A stretch of 64,000 bases of DNA, from the IMG/VR virus record IMGVR_UViG_3300037110_000161, positions 1 to 64,000 of that record; one strand, written 5' to 3'. The first letter of the stretch is position 1; every line of letters begins with the position of its first letter. A model generated the notes under the pieces. It saw nothing but the letters and a program-made list of their open reading frames with translations. It was not told where the DNA came from and searched no databases. Below, one piece after another: positions 55,875 to 63,439 of the stretch. Source of the DNA: a virus. The position numbers and the translations under genes were made by a program.

Positions 55875-56204
55875 GGCCGGGGCTTGCCCCCGGGGCAAAC
55901 AGCGGGCCGCGGGTCCGCTCACCCGGCCGCGCTTGTACGCGCCGCGGGAAGGGGCCGGCGCTTGCTCCCGGGCAGACAACGGGCCGCGGGTCCGCCCACC
56001 CGGCTGCGCTTGTACGCGCCGCGGGAAGGGGCCGGCGCTTGCTCCCGGGCAGACAACGGGCCGCGGGTCCGCCCACCCGGCTGCGCTTGTACGCGCCGCG
56101 GGAAGGGGCCGGCGCTTGCTCCCGGGCAGACAACGGGCCGCGGGTCCGCCCACCCGGCTGCGCTTGTACGCGCCGCGGGAAGGGGCCGGCGCTTGCGCTC
56201 GGGC
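55875..56204. repeat. 77-bp GC-rich tandem repeat, about 4 copies
   Basis: Unit starts GGGCCGCGGGTCCG at 55904, 55981, 56058 and 56135; near-identical units, no spacers. Confidence 0.92.
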
Positions 56205-56274
56205 GATTGCACGGGGCGCAAAAAATGGGCAAGGGTCTTTTCCCTTGCCCGTAATCGTTCGGCCGGGTTGCTTG

Positions 56275-56517
56275 CTAGCTTGCCTTGCGGGAAGAGGGTT
56301 TCCAATTCTTCGGAGGGAACTTGTGTTTGACTTGCTTGCTTAGCTCATGGAGAATCGAATCGAAACACTCCGCATAGCGGGGGAGATTCCGCAAACGGTA
56401 AAGCAAACCGCTATGGGGGCGTACCCCGTTGCGGACCAATTCCCGCATTGCCGGCTTGTCACATGGAGCAATCGGGTCAAGGAGGAATTCCAACGTTGCA
56501 TCGTTCATTGTTGCCAC
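56275..56517 (-). CDS. Hypothetical protein
   Basis: About 80 aa; GGAG upstream of the internal ATG. Confidence 0.35.
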   Translation of the reverse strand: MATMNDATLEFLLDPIAPCDKPAMRELVRNGVRPHSGLLYRLRNLPRYAECFDSILHELSKQVKHKFPPKNWKPSSRKAS

Positions 56518-57410
56518 TCCAAGGGTTGAAAAGTGATGTTTGCGACATCAACTCTTCTGCCATGTCGGGCGAAGAAGTCACGCGATTTTCCCCGGAAAAC
56601 ACGGGGGTTTTCGACAAAGCGCGCCGACAAACAACCCTCCTTTGCGATGCACGAACTGACGCAGAAACGGCCGCACCAGGTTGCCCCTAACCGTAGGCTG
56701 AAGTGGCTACAGAAAATCAAAATCCGGTTTCATGGCGCGCCGGAAAGTGCTAGCGCGCCGGCGCGGCTTCACTTTCTCGCGGTCGGCGCAATCTTGTTGC
56801 CGACCCTTCTCGAAGGCCGGCGCGATCCTCGGCGACCCGCAAGTTTCTTTTGAACTTCCCGCCTTGCTGAAAGCCGCGGTAGTCAAGCCGGCTTGACCGG
56901 GCCAGCTTGATGGGGCCGGCTGGCAGCTCGACCTTCAAGCCGCCTGTGGACCGAGCCGAGGCGGCCATTGACGGCGGGGTGACCGTCAAAGCGGCTGGCG
57001 GCCGGCTCCCGATCGGCCTACGCGGCGGCACGCAGCCTATTGTGGCTTGACGGGCGGCGGGCGCGCTGGCGGCCGGGAAGCTATCGGGCGGCCGGGCGGC
57101 GGCCTTGTAGCGTGTAAACGCGCGAAAGTGATTGGGCCGGCCCGATCGGTCCCGCGCGATCGGCGAAAAGACAGCGGCGGCGTCCCCTTTGCCGATCATG
57201 CGCCCCATCATGCGCCCGATCATGCGCCCCGGCCGGCGGAAGGCACTGCAGCCGGGCCACAGGCAGGCGTGAAACGGTTAGGCAGCGCCGGTGGGAATCG
57301 GAAGCGGCCGGATGGCGGGCCACCGGCTGGCGGAAGAGTGAGGCGTCGAAAATCCTTATGGCCCTGTTTCGGACCCTCCCAGAATCCTTATGGCGGGCGG
57401 CCGGGGTGGT

Positions 57411-57584
57411 TCAATCCGTGTAGCTTACTCCGGTCTTGTCCGGCGGCTCTTTCCCCTTGGCAAGGGCGGCCTTTGCGCCATGGCGCAAGCGGCGGCTGGC
57501 GCGCTTGATTGTGGTCTTGGCACCGGGCCGGTGACGTCCGGCTTTGCAGGTCTTGCAGCTACAGAATTTCAGGTGATTGGGCAT
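57411..57584 (-). CDS. Small basic protein with CxCxxC motif (57 aa)
   Basis: Manual translation MPNHLKFCSCKTCKAGRHRPGAKTTIKRASRRLRH...YTD; not in the ORF track. Confidence 0.5.
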   Translation of the reverse strand: MPNHLKFCSCKTCKAGRHRPGAKTTIKRASRRLRHGAKAALAKGKEPPDKTGVSYTD

Positions 57585-57629
57585 AGCGTTGCACCGGCCT
57601 GTTGCTCCGGTTGCCTCACGATTCGGGAA

Positions 57630-57662
57630 GCCGGGCGGCCCGGTGAGGGCGGGCCGCCCGGC
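57630..57662 (-). terminator. Dispersed intergenic hairpin, copy 1
   Basis: 13-bp stem GCCGGGCGGCCCG/CGGGCCGCCCGGC, identical to the stem at 61538-61574. Confidence 0.6.
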
Positions 57663-57679
57663 GGGGAGCTACGCAACGC

Positions 57680-57979
57680 TTAGGCTCTTGCCAGTTCGCG
57701 GCAAGCGCGGTGCATGGTAGGGGCGACTCGCTTGATCGGTCGGGGGTTGTAGCCGATGCTTCGCAACTCGGCTAGCAGATCGGCGGCTTCCGCTTCGCTG
57801 GCGGGCCGGCTGTTGCGGATGCACAGCCCGAAGTCCGCCGCGGCGTGCTGCCCGACGTGTTGATAGCTGGTACAAAGGTAGCCGTAGTTGTCGGCCGGCA
57901 AGACGGGGAAGAGCGCGAACACGTCGCTATCGTCGCCCTTCCAAACACGAATCACAACAGGGTCAAAGGTGCTGCTCAT
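57680..57979 (-). CDS. Conserved small phage protein (ALFP...C.SY.H.GQH...EL..IGY)
   Basis: AGGAG RBS; 99 aa. Confidence 0.7.
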   Translation of the reverse strand: MSSTFDPVVIRVWKGDDSDVFALFPVLPADNYGYLCTSYQHVGQHAAADFGLCIRNSRPASEAEAADLLAELRSIGYNPRPIKRVAPTMHRACRELARA

Positions 57980-58007
57980 GGTGTGCTCCTGTTTGGCTGG
58001 TCGTGCG

Positions 58008-58529
58008 TCATGGAATCGTGCGGTTGGCGATGGCGTCGACGGCGGTTTCAATACCCTCAACATAGGCCGGCGATTCCACGTCCACTCCCGCGCAGGCATG
58101 GGCGAGAATCAGCGATTCAAGGCCGTCGATAGCCGCGTTGTACTGTCGATTCGCGGCCGTCTTGTGTTCGCGGAGGTCACTGACGATGGAGCCGCTACCC
58201 GGCTCTTCCACCCCGTTCTCTCTCGCCAACGTCACGGTGATCCCGTAGCAGGGGAGTTGAATCTTGCGACCAACCGTTCGGTCAGAATCGGCTGGTAGCG
58301 TCAACGCCAGTCCGGCCACCTTCAGCGCCGCTTCGGTTTCCGTTTCCTTGGCGACGAAGAATTCCCTGATGGCCGGGTTCCCGTATTCGTCCATGATGCC
58401 GGGCGTGGAAAGGACGGTCTCCAGGAGCCGGTCCATCGCGCATGCCAAGCCTTCCGGGTCGGTTTTCCGCGGATTGTATTCGACCTCGACGGTCAACGTG
58501 GTCTTCTTAGTCTTTTTGATCTTTGCCAT
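58008..58529 (-). CDS. Hypothetical protein
   Basis: GAGG RBS; 173 aa. Confidence 0.7.
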   Translation of the reverse strand: MAKIKKTKKTTLTVEVEYNPRKTDPEGLACAMDRLLETVLSTPGIMDEYGNPAIREFFVAKETETEAALKVAGLALTLPADSDRTVGRKIQLPCYGITVTLARENGVEEPGSGSIVSDLREHKTAANRQYNAAIDGLESLILAHACAGVDVESPAYVEGIETAVDAIANRTIP

Positions 58530-58567
58530 TTGATCCTCTTGCGGTTGGGCGCTGTTGAGAGGCCGCG

Positions 58568-58837
58568 TCAGACCTCTTCTATGCTACGGATGGACGGAAT
58601 CACTGTGTCGCCCACCGACACGCCCAATTTTCGCAGAGCCTCAGCAAGTTCTGGGTACTCATCGGTGGGCAAGCCGAAGTCTTCGGCGACTTCGATGTAA
58701 TCCATGCTCTGGCACACTGGCTCTGCTTCACCTTGAAACAGCTTGGCAATAGCCTCGGCCTCACTGGTCGCTTCGACTCGGTACTTCATTGCATGAAGTT
58801 CGTATTGTTCAATCTCGTAAGTCAATGTCGTTTTCAC
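58568..58837 (-). CDS. Acidic hypothetical protein
   Basis: 89 aa; GTGA overlap. Confidence 0.65.
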   Translation of the reverse strand: MKTTLTYEIEQYELHAMKYRVEATSEAEAIAKLFQGEAEPVCQSMDYIEVAEDFGLPTDEYPELAEALRKLGVSVGDTVIPSIRSIEEV

Positions 58838-59202
58838 GTTTGAGCGTCCCCTGTGCTTGAATTGCGATCGTCCTGGATCAGGCGGGCGTAATTTGCTTCG
58901 TCCAGCTCGTGCGTTTCGTAGGGGAGATTTTCCAGGTAAGTGGCGTCAACAGAAACGTGGCAATACCCGCCGTTGGCGCGCCAAATTGCCAGGGACAGCC
59001 GCTCGGTGAACTCTTCTTCGCTTTCGCCTCCGCACAGTGAGTTCTGCGCAGATGCGTGCATCGTTGCCGCGCTGTCGTTCTCGTCGCCAGTACGCCACCA
59101 GTCATCAAACGGCCACTCCTGTTCTGCCGCCGCTTGGATTTCGGCCACCTTTGCCGGGTCGTACCCCGACACCTCTACGCTCATCTCGTAAAAGCTGCTC
59201 AT
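58834..59202 (-). CDS. Acidic hypothetical protein
   Basis: 122 aa; AGGAGGAG RBS. Confidence 0.7.
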   Translation of the reverse strand: MSSFYEMSVEVSGYDPAKVAEIQAAAEQEWPFDDWWRTGDENDSAATMHASAQNSLCGGESEEEFTERLSLAIWRANGGYCHVSVDATYLENLPYETHELDEANYARLIQDDRNSSTGDAQT

Positions 59203-59720
59203 GTTCGCTCCTCCTTCCGGCCGAACGCTGCCCGCTGGTCTTCGATGAAGTCATGGGCGTTCTGCCATTGAGTCGTGTCGGCAGTGACGAATACCGCCCC
59301 ACCACCGAACTCGCCCACGCGGGGTTTTGAGCACGTGGCGGAGTAGGTGAGCGACCAACACTGGTCGGGCCGGAACTGCTTGAGAAACTTCTGCACCAGC
59401 CAAGCGACGTTGCTGGCGTCTCCCCAGTCTTCCGCGTACAACCACAAGTGGCGGCCCCAACCTCCCGTATCGTGATCTTCATGGAAGCCATACTCAAAAC
59501 CCAGCGCATCCCATTGGGCATCGTGGTCCGGCTTGTCACGTAAGAAACGAACGCCGGACCAATCCGCATCTGCGTCGACCAGGTCGGCCGGCACGGCGTC
59601 TTCGGGGTATTCCTTCTCACCAATGGCGCGGACAGGTTGAAGCTGGTCCTTCAGCCACGCCTCCTCTTGCGCGGTAAGGTTCGCAACGACTTCCGAGAAT
59701 TGCAGGTAGTTGTCTGCCAC
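59199..59720 (-). CDS. Acidic hypothetical protein (TCSKPR.GEFGGGA motif)
   Basis: 173 aa; AAGGAG RBS. Confidence 0.7.
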   Translation of the reverse strand: MADNYLQFSEVVANLTAQEEAWLKDQLQPVRAIGEKEYPEDAVPADLVDADADWSGVRFLRDKPDHDAQWDALGFEYGFHEDHDTGGWGRHLWLYAEDWGDASNVAWLVQKFLKQFRPDQCWSLTYSATCSKPRVGEFGGGAVFVTADTTQWQNAHDFIEDQRAAFGRKEERT

Positions 59721-59722
59721 CG

Positions 59723-60085
59723 TTACTCTCCTTCTCTTGGTTGGCTTTCGATCAGGTCTTCGATTTGCCTCTCGGTGTCTTGGGCACCCAACCCATCGAC
59801 CAGGTATCGGATCTGGTCATCCAATCCGCCGTTGTTTATGTCGGCGGCGATGCTGGCCGCGAATTCGTGGACCATTTCGTCCAAGTCTTCCGGCTCCAGG
59901 CCCGCGGCGTCCGCCCTGTCCACCAACTTGGCCACCAGTTTCTCGTTGTCGGCCTCGGCGGGCTGAAGATCCATGTCGCAATCGCAGTGTTCGCAGACCT
60001 GCCCGCCGTGCTCGGCCAGCCAGTCGTAGCGGATTTCCAGAGAGAGCCCGCATTGCGGGCATTTCCAGGTCCGGGCTGTGTTCAT
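59723..60085 (-). CDS. Zn-ribbon plus acidic helical protein
   Basis: CPQC...CEHC; very acidic C-terminal half; ATGA overlap. Confidence 0.65.
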   Translation of the reverse strand: MNTARTWKCPQCGLSLEIRYDWLAEHGGQVCEHCDCDMDLQPAEADNEKLVAKLVDRADAAGLEPEDLDEMVHEFAASIAADINNGGLDDQIRYLVDGLGAQDTERQIEDLIESQPREGE

Positions 60086-60357
60086 CGGCGGTGTCCTATC
60101 TTTTCGGTCTTCTTCTTGAGGAAGTCGGCTTGATGGCAGACGGGGTGTAGCGCCCGGATTGCCATTTTTGCTTTCTCGATGCACGTGAAGGCGTTGGCAA
60201 AATGACAATCGTATTCTTCCAACGGCATGAATGGCGGCGGCCTCTTCAGCCGCGCCTGTAGCACCGCGCGGCTGGCTTTCAAGTCGGCGGCCAGCGATGC
60301 AAGCTGGGCACCGGCGGAGTCCAGTTCGGTCAAGATTCGATCTTTGGCGTAGATCAC
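60082..60357 (-). CDS. Hypothetical protein
   Basis: 91 aa; AAGGA RBS. Confidence 0.55.
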   Translation of the reverse strand: MIYAKDRILTELDSAGAQLASLAADLKASRAVLQARLKRPPPFMPLEEYDCHFANAFTCIEKAKMAIRALHPVCHQADFLKKKTEKIGHRR

Positions 60358-60381
60358 GGCATCATTCCTTTCGGCAAGGAG

Positions 60382-60912
60382 TCAACCATCCACAATTTCA
60401 AAGGCCGGCAAAGGCGGCAGTTTCGGGGGCATGGATCGGCTCAGTCTGCGGTAAATCCTCTCCCACGCCTGCAGGCGTTTTTCCGCTGTGCGTCTCTTGT
60501 CGTTCACCAGCTTCGCCATGCCGTGCATAGCCTTCTCGATCTCTTCGCAGCAAATGACCGGAGCGCCATTCTGCGTAGTCAGCATACACCGGTCCGCCTT
60601 GCCCGGTAGGTCGGGGCGAAACTCCACAAAGCACGGATCATATTCGTACTTCCCCGACGTTTGCCGCTGGAAAGGGATTTTGTGCTCGCGCAACCAGCCC
60701 TCCAGTTCCTCGAATTCTCCCCAGGCAGCTTCGCAGTCGGCGAAGTGCAGCAGGCCGCTTTCGTCGCGCGCGCTTAGAATGCCATCTTCCGATGTGGAAG
60801 CGATGGGAGTTTCGTCCCAATCCAACCTCAAGTCGGAAATGGGGAACTCGTCTAAGAGACTGCGGGACAGCTTGCCCCCAATCCAGATTTCTGCGGCCAT
60901 GCGGTCGGCCAT
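60382..60912 (-). CDS. Hypothetical protein
   Basis: 176 aa; GGAGAG RBS. Confidence 0.7.
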   Translation of the reverse strand: MADRMAAEIWIGGKLSRSLLDEFPISDLRLDWDETPIASTSEDGILSARDESGLLHFADCEAAWGEFEELEGWLREHKIPFQRQTSGKYEYDPCFVEFRPDLPGKADRCMLTTQNGAPVICCEEIEKAMHGMAKLVNDKRRTAEKRLQAWERIYRRLSRSMPPKLPPLPAFEIVDG

Positions 60913-60962
60913 AAGATGCTCTCCCGCGGGGTTTGCCCGTTGTAGAAGTTGATATGTTGTAG

Positions 60963-61241
60963 TTAGATGAAAGCCTCTTCTAGCCCGGCCTCCACGGCGG
61001 CCCGCTCGGTATGGTTCAACGGGCGCACCAGATTGGCTTGGGCATCGCCCCAGAACAGGCTGATAAAGTCGTACCCGTGATAGTTTGGCGTAACGAAGCC
61101 CACGCCCGGCCCGGCGTCGATCCAGTCGGTCGCGGTGCCCACGTTCAAGTCGTTCAAGTAGTCCAAGACGGCAGCAAAATCATCGCCGAAGTTCTCATAG
61201 TCCCCCGCGTCCCCCACCCTCAGCCAAAGTTGCCCGCTCAT
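60963..61241 (-). CDS. Acidic hypothetical protein
   Basis: 92 aa; AAGGA RBS. Confidence 0.65.
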   Translation of the reverse strand: MSGQLWLRVGDAGDYENFGDDFAAVLDYLNDLNVGTATDWIDAGPGVGFVTPNYHGYDFISLFWGDAQANLVRPLNHTERAAVEAGLEEAFI

Positions 61242-61290
61242 GGTTGCTTGTTTCCTTTATGATTCACGCACACGTTGGGCTGCTCGCATG

Positions 61291-61518
61291 TCACGGCGCG
61301 ACGGCCCGATTCTCCGCTTCTCCTTTCCACCCGCACGAATCACGATTGCCACACTCCGCAAGCAGCTCGCCGCATTCTGGGCACCGGGCGTCAAGGTAGG
61401 CGTCAAAGGCTTCCGTACAACCGGCACAAGCATAGACCTTGCGTGTTCCGATTAGCGCGTGGCTGTGGTTGTCGCGGCGGGTATTGATCGGCTGGCGGCA
61501 GATTATGCACTTGGGCAT
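61291..61518 (-). CDS. Small Cys-rich Zn-finger protein
   Basis: CIIC...CAGC...CPEC...C; 75 aa. Confidence 0.55.
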   Translation of the reverse strand: MPKCIICRQPINTRRDNHSHALIGTRKVYACAGCTEAFDAYLDARCPECGELLAECGNRDSCGWKGEAENRAVAP

Positions 61519-61537
61519 CGGTCGGTTCCAAAAGGGG

Positions 61538-61574
61538 GCCGGGCGGCCCGGAGGGGACAGACGGGCCGCCCGGC
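61538..61574 (-). terminator. Dispersed intergenic hairpin, copy 2
   Basis: Same 13-bp stem as 57630-57662 with a different loop. Confidence 0.6.
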
Positions 61575-61597
61575 GGGAGCAATGCAACGGGATGGGG

Positions 61598-62074
61598 TCA
61601 GGCGTTGTCGGCAACCTCGCCAATCATCTTGCGAAGGGCCTCCCGCTTGTCGGTTTCTAAGGCGTCGGTATCGTCGCACTCCTCGGCCGTTTCATCGAAA
61701 TCGCTGATAATGCCGCCGGCTTCGCTGTTGATCTTCTCGATCAGTTCGCGCCATTCGTTGTAGACAGCGTTGCCGTAGGTGAACGCGGCCATTGTGCTAA
61801 TGGCCTCTTTCGGGGCCTGCCCTTGCCAAAGGCCGCTGTCGGTTTCCTCAAAGTCCACTAACTGGTCGATCAGGGTGGCGGCGTCGATCAGGCTGTACGC
61901 CTTATCGACGTGGCACTCATGGTGCCAAGCATCGCCATTAGGGTAGTCGTTCAGCAGATCGTCGCTGGCCTCTCCATCGTCCAGCAGTTGCTCCAGGATT
62001 TCGTCGGCGAAGTTGCGAACCGTATCGGCGGCATCGTCGGCCGCTTCGCGGAGATAGTTGGTTGTTTCGGTCAT
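61598..62074 (-). CDS. Ocr-like acidic protein (putative DNA mimic)
   Basis: About 40 D/E versus about 10 K/R by manual count; EETDSGLW motif resembling T7 Ocr EFEDSGLM (recalled). Confidence 0.55.
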   Translation of the reverse strand: MTETTNYLREAADDAADTVRNFADEILEQLLDDGEASDDLLNDYPNGDAWHHECHVDKAYSLIDAATLIDQLVDFEETDSGLWQGQAPKEAISTMAAFTYGNAVYNEWRELIEKINSEAGGIISDFDETAEECDDTDALETDKREALRKMIGEVADNA

Positions 62075-62092
62075 GTTGCGTGCTCCGGTTGC

Positions 62093-62674
62093 CTAGGCCA
62101 CGATGCGAACCGATTGGAAGGGCGCGCCGGTCACGGCCGGGCCGCCCGTGCTGTTGCAGCGGGCGATTTCCAGGTGGCAGGGCATCCACCCGGTAGACTT
62201 GCCGACCCGGAAGCGGCGGCGCTCGCCGTGGCGGTCCACCACTTCTACCCGCTTCCCTTCCAAGCCAATCAGTTGCGCGGTCAATTCGGCCGGGCAACGC
62301 TTCCCGGTGCGCTGGCAGTATGCGCCGGCCCGGTCAAGGAGGGTCCGGTAGGCTTTGTACGCGCGGGTGGTGCCCCGTGCTTGCGGTGGAAGATCGTCGG
62401 CGTCGAGCGCTTCGCTGCGCAGCCATGCCGCCACGGCCTTGTGCCGCTCAAGGCATACGTCAAAGCCCAGGCAGGTATACCCGGACTTGTCGGGAATGAC
62501 GTACAGCTCTTGTTCGGCGTTGACTGTCACGGGCATGGGCTTCTCGAAAGCCTCCAAGGCGGCCCTCACGCGGTCTAGGCTGGGTGCCAGAAACGTCGTC
62601 CGCTCGCAATTCAGCAGCAATTGCTTCGCGGCCTGTTTCAAGTCGGCAATCTGTTTCGCGGTCGGCCGCCTCAT
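62093..62674 (-). CDS. Conserved phage hypothetical protein (QLIGLEGKRVEV...VGKSTGW.P.HLE)
   Basis: GGGAG RBS; 193 aa. Confidence 0.7.
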   Translation of the reverse strand: MRRPTAKQIADLKQAAKQLLLNCERTTFLAPSLDRVRAALEAFEKPMPVTVNAEQELYVIPDKSGYTCLGFDVCLERHKAVAAWLRSEALDADDLPPQARGTTRAYKAYRTLLDRAGAYCQRTGKRCPAELTAQLIGLEGKRVEVVDRHGERRRFRVGKSTGWMPCHLEIARCNSTGGPAVTGAPFQSVRIVA

Positions 62675-62710
62675 GGTGCTTGCTCCCTGTCGCGTTTGCC
62701 TCACTACACA

Positions 62711-62738
62711 AGCATAGCACAACATAGCTGAATGTCAC
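62711..62738 (-). promoter_or_regulatory. sigma70-like promoter homologous to 49552-49579
   Basis: GTGACA-TTCAGCTATGTTGTGC-TATGCT versus TTGACA-TTCAGCCATTTCGTGG-TATGAT. Confidence 0.55.
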
Positions 62739-62755
62739 ATAGCCGCGAAAGGTTT

Positions 62756-62959
62756 TTAGGCGGGCGCACCGCTGGCAAGGTGTTGCACTCGCACTACCTC
62801 GCTACCGGCCAGTTTGTTGTAAAGGGCCGGGTATTGCCGCATGAATTCGCAGCGGGTTGCCTTTGTCGGCTCCGGCCCCGCGGTCCCCATTGGCAGATAA
62901 TGGAGAAACCAGCGGAGTAGCACGTCACGGTCAAAACTATCAAGGTTCTCGACCATCAT
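62756..62959 (-). CDS. Hypothetical protein
   Basis: 67 aa; GGAG RBS, ATGA overlap. Confidence 0.55.
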   Translation of the reverse strand: MMVENLDSFDRDVLLRWFLHYLPMGTAGPEPTKATRCEFMRQYPALYNKLAGSEVVRVQHLASGAPA

Positions 62960-63423
62960 GTTGGCTTGCTCCCCCAGTAGGCGCGTGAGAAGTGCTCGCG
63001 CGTCGGCTGGTATTCAGGATAGTAGCGGCGGATAAGATACACCCCCGCGTGGAAGTCGGCATTCTCCAAGGGGTCAACGCCGGAGTCGATCGTCAAGTTG
63101 CCGGCGTGCCAGCCCGCTTCGTTTTCGGGGTGGAAGTTGAAGCAACCTCGGAAATAGCCCATCACTTGGAGAATCCAATCTTGCACCGTAGGCGAATCGA
63201 GGGCCGGCTTCTGCCGCTCCCAGGTGTTCAAGACCGTGCGAACCGCGGCCCGCGTGGCAGGGTCAAGCATCGGCGAATCCACGGCGTACTCTAACGACAT
63301 GCAAGTGCGGTTTTCCGGCTTGCGGCGTAGGTCGGTTTGTACGCTCTTGGTAAGCATCGGATGCGTGGGCGGGCAAAGGAACCCGCCCATGCCCTCCAGG
63401 ATGATACGGCCTTTCTGTTGCAT
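62956..63423 (-). CDS. Hypothetical protein
   Basis: 155 aa from MQQKGR; GGAG RBS. Confidence 0.65.
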   Translation of the reverse strand: MQQKGRIILEGMGGFLCPPTHPMLTKSVQTDLRRKPENRTCMSLEYAVDSPMLDPATRAAVRTVLNTWERQKPALDSPTVQDWILQVMGYFRGCFNFHPENEAGWHAGNLTIDSGVDPLENADFHAGVYLIRRYYPEYQPTREHFSRAYWGSKPT

Positions 63424-63439
63424 GGCGGTTGCTCCGGCC

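Noticed and set aside
55875-56204. CRISPR array or repeat-protein gene
   Set aside because: Units are contiguous with no unique spacers, no cas genes nearby, and the 77-bp period breaks reading frame.
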